Origin: Candidatus Omnitrophota bacterium
GTDB lineage: Bacteria > Omnitrophota > Gorgyraeia > Zapsychrales > Fredricksoniimonadaceae
Direction of reading: 5' to 3'
NCBI GenBank assembly: GCA_015233675.1
Contig: JADFXH010000002.1
Span: 142,794-206,793, forward strand
Length of the DNA: 64,000 nucleotides
In this document: one piece after another, positions 55,002 through 63,786 of the stretch
How the letters are laid out: the number at the start of each line of letters is the position of its first letter
Position numbering within the stretch: the first letter of the stretch is position 1
Made by a program: the position numbers and the translations under genes
Notes under the pieces: generated by a model
Databases searched by the model: none
Told to the model about the DNA's origin: nothing
Seen by the model: the letters and a program-made list of their open reading frames with translations, nothing else

Positions 55002-55688
55002 ATGTCCAAGGGGATTGTTCTTGTCATAGACGATGAGCCTCAGATCCAAAAGATGCTGGGGGTTATTCTCACGCATGCTGGTTATGAAGTGATCAGTGCT
55101 GACAGCGGTGAAAAAGGCTTGGCAGCGCTTGTTTATAAAAAACCTCAAGCCGTGCTTCTGGATATGGGCCTGCCGGACATGGAAGGCTTTGATGTGCTTT
55201 TGCGTATCAGGGAGTTTAGCGACGTTTCCGTCATTATGGTCTCAGTCCGGGGGCAGGAAGAAATAAAGGTCCAATGCCTAGAAAGTGGGGCAGATGATTA
55301 TATTACCAAGCCGTTTTCCGCTTCCGAACTGACAGCAAGACTTTCAGCGGTGTTAAGGCGAAAGACGACGCCCGGAATTGTTAATGAAACTTTTGAAAAT
55401 GCCAGGCTGCGCGTTGAGTTTAATAATCGTCAAGTGACACTGGATGGACAACTTCTTAAGTTGACATCTATTGAATACGGGTTATTATCGTCGCTGATTA
55501 AAAACGCAGGGCGGGTTTTAACGATACGCCAAATTCTAAGGGAAGTCTGGGGAACAGAGAACGAAGAGAAAGCTAACTCAGTGCGGGTTTATTTAAATCA
55601 TCTGCGCCAAAAGATCGAGGACAACCCCTCAACCCCGAAGCGGATTATCAATGAACCCGGAATAGGCTACAGGTTTAATTTGCTTTAA
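55002..55688 (+). CDS. kdpE: OmpR-family response regulator KdpE
   Basis: Receiver domain (VIDDEP...LDMGLPDMEG...KPF) plus a winged-helix output domain (LTSIEYGLLSSL...GIGYRF). Confidence 0.9.
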   Translation: MSKGIVLVIDDEPQIQKMLGVILTHAGYEVISADSGEKGLAALVYKKPQAVLLDMGLPDMEGFDVLLRIREFSDVSVIMVSVRGQEEIKVQCLESGADDYITKPFSASELTARLSAVLRRKTTPGIVNETFENARLRVEFNNRQVTLDGQLLKLTSIEYGLLSSLIKNAGRVLTIRQILREVWGTENEEKANSVRVYLNHLRQKIEDNPSTPKRIINEPGIGYRFNLL

Positions 55689-55711
55689 TATTCACATTCA
55701 TTGAGTTGCAC

Positions 55712-55928
55712 AACTATTTGGATTCAATTTATTTTTTTGTACTCACGGTCATTTTCTTAACGGCAAAAATCTTATATTGTCGCGGTGTCTGAACAACTCA
55801 CCTTGAAGTTCTCTGGAACTTCAAGATTCAAACAAGTTCAGCCATAAACCTCAGGATTCCCTTACAACACAAGATTTTTGCCTAAAAATGACCGTGAGTA
55901 CAAAAAAATAAATTGAATCCAAATAGTT
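55712..55928. repeat. 217-bp foldback element with perfect 44-bp terminal inverted repeats (MITE-like)
   Basis: 55712-55755 (aactatttggattcaatttatttttttgtactcacggtcatttt) is the exact reverse complement of 55885-55928. The interior is also partly self-complementary (ggcaaaaatcttat / aagatttttgcc). A central hairpin pairs cttgaagttc with gaacttcaag at 55802-55825. Confidence 0.85.
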
Positions 55929-56010
55929 CGCACGCATTTCAATCAGGAATACCTTAACAGCAAGTCTGAGACAGAACCTGCATCATTACGACAATAAGGG
56001 AGGTTAGACA

Positions 56011-57021
56011 ATGATATTTTTCTTAATCTTGATGCTCGTGGGGATTATTAATCCTGTATTTGCTCAACCTTCGGATTCTTCCTTGAAAGCCACCACCGTT
56101 GCCATACCTGGTGGTGAGGGAGGGATTGGTTTTGATGATATGACTTTTTCTTCCAGTCTGCATAAAGTTTTGGTGCCTGCAGGACATACGGGCAAATTAT
56201 ATTTAATTGACCCTGTCACTTACGCCATGACATCTATAGGAGGATTTAGCTCAAGCGCTGCCAACCAAAAAGGGCATGATATTGGAATTACGTCTGCGGA
56301 TGAGGGGGAAGGTTATTTATTCGTTTTAGACCATGGCAGGCATGAGTTGGCTGTGGTTGACCCTAAGTCGTCGAATCAGGTTGGCGCTGCACCTCTCGCG
56401 GGTGATTCAGATTATGTGCGTTACGTCGGAGTCAATCATGAGCTTTGGGTCACGGAACCGCATAATAAACAGCTTGAGATCTTCAGGTTCTCCGCCGGAG
56501 CACATCCGGCGCTGAAACCTGTAGCGCTCATTTCTGTGTCTGGTGGGCCGGAGTCCTTGGTGGTCGATCATATTTTAGGACGCGCCTATACGAATTTGGG
56601 GCCCCAGGCCGCGGCCATCGACCTGCGGTCGCATGTTATTGTCAGCGTATGGGCTAATGAATGCGAAAAATCACGCGGGAATGCCATAGATGAGCAAAAA
56701 GGTTTTTTATTTGTCAGTTGCGCTGAAGGCAAGGCTTTGGTTTTTGATTTAAAACAGAATAATAAAAAAATAAGTGAATTAATGACCGATCCTGGCGCTG
56801 ATATGATAAGTTATAATCCAAAACTTTCTCATTTATATTTCACCAGCGGAAAAAATGCCACCCTTTCAGTTTTAGGGGTATCAGCTCAGGGCAAGATTTC
56901 ATTATTGGGCAAAGCTCAAGCAGATAAAAGGGCTCATTGTGTAGTGGGCGATGATCAAAATAATATTTGGGTCTGTGACCCGCCGGGAGGCCGGTTATTA
57001 CGGTATAAAGATGCATTTTAA
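56011..57021 (+). CDS. Secreted beta-propeller repeat protein (YncE/YVTN-like)
   Basis: GGAGG RBS and a signal peptide. Recurrent blade-like motifs (LYLIDP, LFVLDHGRHELAVVDP, LWVTEPHNKQLEIF, LFVSCAEGKALVFD, LYFTSGKNATLSVL, IWVCDPPGGRLLRY). Confidence 0.5.
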   Translation: MIFFLILMLVGIINPVFAQPSDSSLKATTVAIPGGEGGIGFDDMTFSSSLHKVLVPAGHTGKLYLIDPVTYAMTSIGGFSSSAANQKGHDIGITSADEGEGYLFVLDHGRHELAVVDPKSSNQVGAAPLAGDSDYVRYVGVNHELWVTEPHNKQLEIFRFSAGAHPALKPVALISVSGGPESLVVDHILGRAYTNLGPQAAAIDLRSHVIVSVWANECEKSRGNAIDEQKGFLFVSCAEGKALVFDLKQNNKKISELMTDPGADMISYNPKLSHLYFTSGKNATLSVLGVSAQGKISLLGKAQADKRAHCVVGDDQNNIWVCDPPGGRLLRYKDAF

Positions 57022-57949
57022 ACCCTATAAATCTAATCGACCATCGCGTGATAGTTTTCGTTTGGCGCCTGCACGCCGGGTGGATGAAGCTGAAAGAAAA
57101 TTTATCGCCGGTACGCCAGTGGACCCTTCCCCGCGCATTCTTTTGGAAGACGGCAGCCGGGAATTGACGATGCGGGCCATGGACATGATTTGTCCCATAG
57201 GCATGGGGCAGCGGGGACTCATTGTCGCCCCTCCTGGATCTGGCAAAACTACTTTCTTGAAGCATATTTGTCAGGCCGTTGCTAAAGGAACTCCTCAAAT
57301 AAAACTATATTGCCTGCTTATTGATGAGCGGCCTGAAGAGGTGACAGAATTCAAGAGGACTATTCCCGGTGAGGTTCACTATTCTTCTACAGATCAAAGC
57401 TATGAGCATCATATCGAAATTGCAGATAAATTAATGCGTCAGGCCTTTGTGGAAGTAGCGGCAGGAGCGAACGTGATGATCGTTATCGATTCGTTGACCC
57501 GGCTTGCGCGTGTGCATAATGCGCAGACGCGCTCCAGCGGCCGTACGATTTCCGGCGGGGTCGATGCCCGCGCTCTTGAGGTTCCTCGCCGCATTTTTGG
57601 CGCTGCGCGCAAGATTGAGAATGGCGGGTCGCTCTCTATTTTAGCCACGATTTTGATTGAAACAGGAAGCCGTATGGATGAAGTCATTTTTGAGGAATTT
57701 AAGGGCACAGGTAATATGGAGGTTGTCCTCTCAAGAGAGATTGCCAATCACCGCATTTTCCCGGCCATTGATATTTCAAAAAGCGCCACCCGCAAGCAAG
57801 AATTGTTGCTGGGTGCTAATGAGCTTCAACAAATAAACAAGTTGAGGCGTGCTTTGGCCGCATTTGGCCCTGTTGAGGCTGCTGAGACATTGGTCAAAAA
57901 ACTCCAGCAATTCCCCACCAATAAAGAACTACTCGCCCAATTTAGCTAA
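57011..57949 (+). CDS. Rho-type ATPase lacking the N-terminal RNA-binding domain (Rho C-terminal domain only, ~312 aa)
   Basis: PIGMGQRGLIVAPPGSGKTT (Walker A), LLIDERPEEV (Walker B), SLTRLARVHN (Q-loop region), GGVDARALEVPRRIFGAAR (R-loop region), EEFKGTGNME and FPAIDISKSATRKQELL. Only about 60 residues precede the PIGMGQRG segment (about 45 before PRILLEDG), even from the earliest in-frame ATG (56951 gives 332 aa). The start overlaps the upstream gene by 11 nt. Confidence 0.8.
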   Translation: MHFKPYKSNRPSRDSFRLAPARRVDEAERKFIAGTPVDPSPRILLEDGSRELTMRAMDMICPIGMGQRGLIVAPPGSGKTTFLKHICQAVAKGTPQIKLYCLLIDERPEEVTEFKRTIPGEVHYSSTDQSYEHHIEIADKLMRQAFVEVAAGANVMIVIDSLTRLARVHNAQTRSSGRTISGGVDARALEVPRRIFGAARKIENGGSLSILATILIETGSRMDEVIFEEFKGTGNMEVVLSREIANHRIFPAIDISKSATRKQELLLGANELQQINKLRRALAAFGPVEAAETLVKKLQQFPTNKELLAQFS

Positions 57950-58040
57950 TCCTCTATTTAAAGAAATAAATTAAAAAAATAAGGGCGTTATAAATACATT
58001 GATAGCAAAATCACAGCGTCTGTAGTAGACTATTCGGCTT

Positions 58041-59945
58041 ATGGCCTTTATCAGTTTGCAGGAAATATCCGTGGCCTTCGGCGGCCCGCTTTTGTTTGAC
58101 AAATTAAGCCTTCAGGTGGAACCAGGTGAGCGCATTGCTTTACTTGGCCGCAACGGGGTCGGTAAAACTACCTTGATGAAGGTAATGGCGGGTCAGGTTT
58201 CTATCGACGAGGGTGAGATTGTTTATCAAAAGGGGGTTCAGGTGACTCATCTGCCCCAGGAAGTCCCTAATGACATCAAAGGCAATGTTTTTGATATCGT
58301 GTTCGTGGGGCTAGGGCCCCGCGCTAAACTTTTGAGCGATTATCATCATGTGGCCCAGCGTCTGCATACCGAACACACCCCTGAATTGATGCGCCAGCTG
58401 GATATTTTACAAACGGAGTTAGACCATAGCGGGGGATGGGATATCAATGCCGAAGTTGAATTTGTGCTTTCGCAGATGAAACTCGATGGTGAAGCGGATT
58501 TTGAACAGTTATCCGGCGGTCAAAAACGCCGTGTGCTTTTAGCCCGTGCCCTGGTCCTCAAGCCTGAAGTCTTACTTTTGGATGAGCCTACCAATCATTT
58601 GGATATTGACTCGATTAACTGGTTGGAAGAATTTTTAAAGGATTATCCCTGCACTTTGTTTTTTGTCACACATGACCGCATGTTTATGCAGCATTTAGCG
58701 ACAAGGATCGTAGAGCTTGACCGCGGTAAAATTTTTAGCTGGTCTTGTGATTACCCGACTTTTTTAGAGCGCAAAAGTATGGCCCTGGAAAACGAGGCCG
58801 CCCAGCGTAAAGATTTTGATAATAAATTAGCTGAAGAAGAAATTTGGATTCGCAAAGGTGTCAAGGCCCGACGGACACGTAATGAAGGTAGGGTCAAGGC
58901 GTTGGAGCGTTTGCGCATAGAAAAGCAGGCCCAGCGTGAGCAAATCGGTCAGGTACGAATGAAAGCCCATGAGTCCGAGGCATCCGGGCATTTAGTTATC
59001 AAAGCCGCGCATTTGGGGTTTAGCTATGGAGATAAGTGTTTGATCAAAGATTTTTCTACTCAAATTATGCGTGGTGACAAGATCGGAGTCATCGGTCCCA
59101 ATGGTTGCGGCAAGACCACCTTATTGCGAATTTTGTTGGGTCAACTTGGAGTCCAGAAAGGCAAAGTGCGTTTTGGCACCAACCTGGAAATCGCCTATTA
59201 TGACCAATTGCGTCAGCAATTGGATGAAGAAAAAACTGTTATAGAAAATGTTTGTCCGGGTGGGGATACGGTGACGATCAATGGCAAGCCCCGGCATATC
59301 ATCGGTTATTTGCAGGATTTTTTGTTTACCCCGGACCGGTCGCGCACGCCGGTCAAAGTCCTCTCGGGGGGGGAACGCAACCGTTTATTTTTAGCCCGTC
59401 TTTTTACCAAACCATCTAATTTTTTGGTGATGGATGAGCCAACAAATGATCTGGATATTGAGACCCAGGAACTATTGGAAGAGTTATTGATGGAGTATTC
59501 CGGAACTTTACTTTTAGTCAGCCATGACCGTTCATTTTTAAATAATGTGGTGACTTCAACAATGATCATGGAAGGACAAGGAGAGATCAGCGAATTCGCT
59601 GGCGGATATGATGATTGGGTCAATCAGCGTCAGCCTAAGGCGCTTGTACCCCGCAAGCCGCAGATCACATCTATTAAGGAGACGCCAAAACCTTTGAAGC
59701 CGTTGATTTTAAGAAAACTTTCTTTTAAGGAAGAGCGTGAGCTCGAAGGCCTTCCGGTAAAGATTGAAAAGCTTGAGGTAGAACAAGAGGATATTTTTAC
59801 TTTGCTTGCGGATATTAATTTTTATCAAAGAGCTCCCGAGGAGATCCAGCGCGTGAACTCCCGTTTGGAGGCGTTAGCGGAAGAACTTCTAAAAGCTTAT
59901 CAACGCTGGGAATATCTGGAAGCTTCGAAAAAAGAAAACGATTAA
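58041..59945 (+). CDS. uup: ABC-F family ATPase (Uup-like)
   Basis: Two ABC cassettes (GRNGVGKTT...LSGGQKRRVLLARAL...LLLDEPTNHLD; GPNGCGKTT...LSGGERNRLFLARLF...LVMDEPTNDLD), no TM domain and a C-terminal coiled coil. Confidence 0.85.
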   Translation: MAFISLQEISVAFGGPLLFDKLSLQVEPGERIALLGRNGVGKTTLMKVMAGQVSIDEGEIVYQKGVQVTHLPQEVPNDIKGNVFDIVFVGLGPRAKLLSDYHHVAQRLHTEHTPELMRQLDILQTELDHSGGWDINAEVEFVLSQMKLDGEADFEQLSGGQKRRVLLARALVLKPEVLLLDEPTNHLDIDSINWLEEFLKDYPCTLFFVTHDRMFMQHLATRIVELDRGKIFSWSCDYPTFLERKSMALENEAAQRKDFDNKLAEEEIWIRKGVKARRTRNEGRVKALERLRIEKQAQREQIGQVRMKAHESEASGHLVIKAAHLGFSYGDKCLIKDFSTQIMRGDKIGVIGPNGCGKTTLLRILLGQLGVQKGKVRFGTNLEIAYYDQLRQQLDEEKTVIENVCPGGDTVTINGKPRHIIGYLQDFLFTPDRSRTPVKVLSGGERNRLFLARLFTKPSNFLVMDEPTNDLDIETQELLEELLMEYSGTLLLVSHDRSFLNNVVTSTMIMEGQGEISEFAGGYDDWVNQRQPKALVPRKPQITSIKETPKPLKPLILRKLSFKEERELEGLPVKIEKLEVEQEDIFTLLADINFYQRAPEEIQRVNSRLEALAEELLKAYQRWEYLEASKKEND

Positions 59946-59951
59946 ATTAAG

Positions 59952-59980
59952 TTGACAAATGCCCTAAAGTAGGGCATACT
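59952..59980 (+). promoter_or_regulatory. Candidate sigma70 promoter (TTGACA-17 nt-CATACT) for cspA, giving a 5' UTR of about 115 nt
   Basis: ttgaca aatgccctaaagtaggg catact. The spacer contains the palindrome gccctaaagtagggc. Confidence 0.45.
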
Positions 59981-60014
59981 ATCATCGAGTTCGATTCAAG
60001 GATTGTGATCTTAG

Positions 60015-60050
60015 ACCGCACGGTGTAGGTTCAAGCCTGGCGGTTTTTTT
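60015..60050 (+). promoter_or_regulatory. Terminator-like hairpin plus U-run inside the cspA leader (possible attenuator)
   Basis: accgc...gcggt flanks a 20-nt loop and is followed by ttttttt, 53 nt upstream of the cspA ATG. Confidence 0.3.
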
Positions 60051-60102
60051 ATGGTCACGTTTAAGGGACTCAAGTTTCGATCAAAAGGAGGTTTCAAAGA
60101 TT

Positions 60103-60303
60103 ATGGTTAAAGGTAAAGTAAAATGGTTCAACGACCAAAAAGGTTTTGGATTTATTACTCCTGAAAACGGCAAAGACGTGTTTGTGCATCACTCTGCAAT
60201 TCAAGGTGAAGGCTACAGATCATTAGGCGAAGGACAAGATGTTGAGTTCGAAATCGTCAACGGCCCTAAGGGTGAACAAGCTCAAAACGTTGTAAAAATA
60301 TAA
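60103..60303 (+). CDS. cspA: Cold-shock protein (CspA family)
   Basis: [15 protein letters not shown] (RNP1) and VFVHHSAI (RNP2), 66 aa, AAGGAGG RBS. Confidence 0.95.
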   Translation: MVKGKVKWFNDQKGFGFITPENGKDVFVHHSAIQGEGYRSLGEGQDVEFEIVNGPKGEQAQNVVKI

Positions 60304-60333
60304 GAATAAGAATTAGTTTCTTGTATTTAGGAA

Positions 60334-60368
60334 GCCCTCTGTGACCGAAAGGTCGCAGAGGGCTTTTT
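60334..60368 (+). terminator. Rho-independent terminator of cspA
   Basis: A 13-bp stem (gccctctgtgacc / ggtcgcagagggc, one G-U pair) with a GAAA loop, followed by ttttt. Confidence 0.85.
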
Positions 60369-60424
60369 AATTCCCCTAGCCCTTATAATGCATTCGTGTA
60401 CAAGAGATAAGTTGCTTTTCATCC

Positions 60425-62134
60425 TTGGGAGGATCGGTGGCTACACTTCTTGTTTTTTCTTTTTTGGCCGGATTCATTACGATCTTAGCCCCTTGCATAT
60501 GGCCGCTTTTGCCTATTGTGTTTTCTGCTTCTTCAGGTGGCGGGAAAAGAAGATCGCTCGGTATAACGCTTGGCGTTATGACGAGTTTTACGATATTCAC
60601 TCTTTTTATTTCCTTCATCGTTAAAATAATTCCTTTCAACCCCAATAGTTTGCGCCTGATAGCTACGGTCATTATCAGCTTGTTGGGCTTGTCATTATTG
60701 CTCCCATCTTTAGGTGCTAGATTGGAAGTTTTTATCAATAATCTGTTGGCTCCGCTGCAATCACGTTTTAAAAAGGAAGGCAGCGGAATGTCGGCAGGTC
60801 TGGTGACCGGCTTTTCTTTAGGGCTAGTCTGGGCGCCCTGCGCGGGGCCTATTTTAGCGACGATCGCGGCCTTGTCCGCAACACAGTCTGTTAACATCAA
60901 GGTCGTGGCTATAACTCTGGCTTATGTTTTTGGTTTGGGAATCCCATTATATGTTTTTTCTTCGTTTAGCGCAGGACTGTTTAAGAAAATGCGCCAGGTA
61001 AATAAGTACACAGGCAGAATCCAGCAAGGCTTTGGCCTTATCATGATCGTCACAGCTATTTTGATTTATACCAATTATGATAAAGCGGTCCAAGTCAAAG
61101 TTTTAAATCTTTTCCCCGCATATAGCCGTTTTTTAGGTCAGTTCGAAAATAGCAGCAGCTTGCAGAAAGAATTAGATAATTTGGCCGGTCGGAAGGCTAA
61201 AGTCATTGCACAGGAGGATAAAGAATTATTATTTGAGGGAAGGCTAGCGCCGGAGTTTGCTGGTATTTCCAAATGGCTTAATGTGTCAACACCGTTGTCC
61301 TTACAGGCTTTACACGGGAAAGTGGTTTTGGTTGATTTTTGGACGTATAGCTGTATTAATTGTGTGCGTACCCTGCCGCATTTAATTGCCTGGTATGAAC
61401 GTTATAAGAATGAGGGGTTGGTGATCGTAGGCGTTCACACGCCGGAATTTTCTTTTGAGCGGGAAACTCAAAATGTCCAGAATGCCATCAAGCAATTCAA
61501 TATCACTTATCCGGTGGCCCAGGATAATGATTATCAAACTTGGCAGAACTACCAAAATCATTACTGGCCCGCAGAGTATTTGATAGATGCCAGGGGACAT
61601 ATTCGACACATCCATTTCGGCGAAAGCAGTTATGACCGTATGGAAGAAGCGATCCGTGCTCTTTTAAAAGAAAATGGCCATGTCTTCAAAGGAGACTTAA
61701 GTGCCGTTAAAGACCAGGCTCCTAAATATGAGCTTACTCCTGAAACATATCTGGGGACTCGGCGTGTGCAGCGTTTTACGTCACCTGAGAATATTTTGAC
61801 GGGTGATCAGGAGTTTACTTTACCCCCGCAAATCCCTTTGGATCATTTTGCCTATCAAGGCAAATGGAATGTGCAGGCCCAATTCGCCCAGTCAGGCCAG
61901 GGCGCTGCATTAGAGTTTAAATTTCATGCTGATAAGGTTTTTTTGGTTATAGGCCCGGCGCATGCGGATGATAAGATAAAAGTATGGCTAGACGACAAGC
62001 CGATGGAGGATATTATTTTAGATAGCCAGCGTCTTTATGATGTCATTGATCTTAAGGGTAAAGCGGGGACACACATTCTTCGTCTGGAATTTCCGGATCA
62101 AGGCACATTGGTTTATGCTTTCACTTTTGGGTAG
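60425..62134 (+). CDS. DipZ-like thiol-disulfide oxidoreductase with a CcdA/DsbD-type membrane domain, a thioredoxin-like domain and a C-terminal beta domain
   Basis: FLAGFITILAPCIWPLLP and GLVWAPCAGPIL (CcdA Cys motifs). DFWTYSCINCVRTLP (CxxC thioredoxin fold) and HYWPAEYLID. The start (TTG 60425 or GTG 60437) is uncertain. Confidence 0.8.
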   Translation: MGGSVATLLVFSFLAGFITILAPCIWPLLPIVFSASSGGGKRRSLGITLGVMTSFTIFTLFISFIVKIIPFNPNSLRLIATVIISLLGLSLLLPSLGARLEVFINNLLAPLQSRFKKEGSGMSAGLVTGFSLGLVWAPCAGPILATIAALSATQSVNIKVVAITLAYVFGLGIPLYVFSSFSAGLFKKMRQVNKYTGRIQQGFGLIMIVTAILIYTNYDKAVQVKVLNLFPAYSRFLGQFENSSSLQKELDNLAGRKAKVIAQEDKELLFEGRLAPEFAGISKWLNVSTPLSLQALHGKVVLVDFWTYSCINCVRTLPHLIAWYERYKNEGLVIVGVHTPEFSFERETQNVQNAIKQFNITYPVAQDNDYQTWQNYQNHYWPAEYLIDARGHIRHIHFGESSYDRMEEAIRALLKENGHVFKGDLSAVKDQAPKYELTPETYLGTRRVQRFTSPENILTGDQEFTLPPQIPLDHFAYQGKWNVQAQFAQSGQGAALEFKFHADKVFLVIGPAHADDKIKVWLDDKPMEDIILDSQRLYDVIDLKGKAGTHILRLEFPDQGTLVYAFTFG

Positions 62135-62153
62135 GGGATTCCTTTATTGAATT

Positions 62154-63257
62154 CTATAAAAAGTTGGGATATTTAGCGTGGCTTTGCGCGGTTTCTTTTG
62201 AGATAATTCCTTGTTGTACCAGATTACTGAGAGTTTTCTCAAGGGTATACATATCGTCGCGGCCGGCTTCCATCTGACTTCGAATTTCTGACAGGGAATT
62301 ACGGCGGATCAAATTGCGGATGGCCAGGTTGGGGATGCACATTTCCGTAGCCAAAACCCGTCCGACTCCATCTTTACGGGGCAAAAGCTGTTGACCGATA
62401 ATCGCGACCAAATTTTCCGCGAGTTGAACCCTGATTTGGTTTTGCCTGTCTCCGGGGTAAACGTCGATGATGCGGTTAATTGCTTCAATCGCATCAGGAG
62501 CGTGTACAGTAGTTATAACCAGATGGCCGGTATCGGCGGTTGTTAGTGCCATAGATATTGATTCCAGGTCTCTCATTTCTCCGATGACCACAACATCAGG
62601 ATCCTGCCTGAGGGCATGTTTGAGTCCTGAGGCGAAGGATGCTGTGTCAGTTCCCACTTCGCGTTGGACAATTAGGCTTAATTTTGATTTATAGATAAAC
62701 TCGATCGGATCCTCGATAGTGATGATCCTTACCGCTCTCTCCTGGTTGATCTGGTCAACCATGTGGGTCATGGTCGTTGTTTTTCCATGACCTGCCCGTC
62801 CGACGATCAGGATGAGACCGGAATGCCGCCGTGTCAGTTGGGCCACGATCGCAGGGATGCCAAGCTCGGAAAGAGAACGAATAACGCACGGGATAATGCG
62901 GATAGAAACTGAGAGATGCCCTCTTTGACGGTAAAGGTTTGCCCTAAAAGAGTGATTTTCATCGAACTGAAAGGCCAGATCTATTTCTGAGTGAGACTGA
63001 AATTTTGTCAATTGTTTTGTCGACAAAAGAGGGAAAACGATTCTTTCTAACTGTTCGGGGCTAAGGGTTGGCATTTGCTGGGGAACCAGTTTACCATCAA
63101 CACGGTAAACAGGCGAGTGCCAGGCGACCAGATGAATATCGGAAGCTTTATATTTAATGGCCAGGTCTAAATAATATTTAATCCCTGTTGATTTTATTAC
63201 GTTTTGGGTTCCCATCATGCCTTTTGGCCCAAACAGGTCTAAAGTTGTAGTAGTCAT
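62154..63257 (-). CDS. pilT: Type IV pilus retraction ATPase PilT family
   Basis: ASDIHL, GRAGHGKTTT (Walker A), IITIEDPIE, ALRQDPDVVVIGEMRD (Asp box/Walker B) and TGHLVITTVH (His box). Confidence 0.9.
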   Translation of the reverse strand: MTTTTLDLFGPKGMMGTQNVIKSTGIKYYLDLAIKYKASDIHLVAWHSPVYRVDGKLVPQQMPTLSPEQLERIVFPLLSTKQLTKFQSHSEIDLAFQFDENHSFRANLYRQRGHLSVSIRIIPCVIRSLSELGIPAIVAQLTRRHSGLILIVGRAGHGKTTTMTHMVDQINQERAVRIITIEDPIEFIYKSKLSLIVQREVGTDTASFASGLKHALRQDPDVVVIGEMRDLESISMALTTADTGHLVITTVHAPDAIEAINRIIDVYPGDRQNQIRVQLAENLVAIIGQQLLPRKDGVGRVLATEMCIPNLAIRNLIRRNSLSEIRSQMEAGRDDMYTLEKTLSNLVQQGIISKETAQSHAKYPNFL

Positions 63258-63378
63258 ATATTTAGGAAGTATGCCAGATGAATGTCAAGGAATTATTAAC
63301 TTGGCGTAAAATTCTTGTTAAGAGCTTTGTCAGTAGGCTTTGCCGCGTGAGTTGCTTAGTCCATCCGTGCTTCAAGTG

Positions 63379-63407
63379 TTGAATTAGATCGTTATTTGTG
63401 GTAAAAA
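63379..63407 (+). promoter_or_regulatory. Candidate promoter (TTGAAT-17 nt-TAAAAA with TGn)
   Basis: ttgaat tagatcgttatttgtgg taaaaa ends 7 nt before the ATG at 63415, which would leave almost no leader. Weak call. Confidence 0.25.
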
Positions 63408-63414
63408 TAAATTC

Positions 63415-63786
63415 ATGAAGAGATATTTATGGTTAATGGGTATATTGATCGGTTTTCCTTTGAGCTATAAAGCTATTGCCACAGAAGACCCTCTAAAGCC
63501 CATCAATAGTTCTTTTATCGGGGATGATTCTAAAAGTGTGGACACTAATTCATTTGTGGGGGAAGACGTTAAAAAGAAGACTGATAGCAGTTTTGTCGGG
63601 CAGAACACTATAACACCGGAAAATTCTTATTTTGCCGGTGATAGTTATAGACAGCAGGTTGGAGGCGCAACGGATGCTCCTTTCGCTCAAGACAATTCTA
63701 AAACAGCGAAAGACGGTGTTTTTATCGGGGAAGACGTTCAAAAGAAAACAGACAGTTCATTTGTGGGTGATGACTACGGGAAATAA
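63415..63786 (+). CDS. Small secreted protein with seven [SYPV]F[IVA][GQ][DEQ][DNS] repeats
   Basis: Signal peptide MKRYLWLMGILIGFPLSYKAIA. Repeats SFIGDD, SFVGED, SFVGQN, YFAGDS, PFAQDN, VFIGED and SFVGDD. An internal duplication covers GEDV(K/Q)KKTDSSFVG. Confidence 0.45.
   Translation: MKRYLWLMGILIGFPLSYKAIATEDPLKPINSSFIGDDSKSVDTNSFVGEDVKKKTDSSFVGQNTITPENSYFAGDSYRQQVGGATDAPFAQDNSKTAKDGVFIGEDVQKKTDSSFVGDDYGK

Noticed and set aside
55712-55928. An invertible promoter switch (phase variation) for the 44-bp inverted-repeat element
   Set aside because: No invertase or recombinase gene is adjacent, and I cannot identify a convincing promoter inside the segment. The MITE/foldback interpretation is kept as primary. 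Inversion can still be tested with read pairs.
59985-60050. A tRNA or tmRNA fragment suggested by ggttcaagcc (T-arm-like) in the cspA leader
   Set aside because: No acceptor or anticodon arms can be drawn and the T-stem has only 3 bp. It is better explained as part of a leader hairpin plus U-run.
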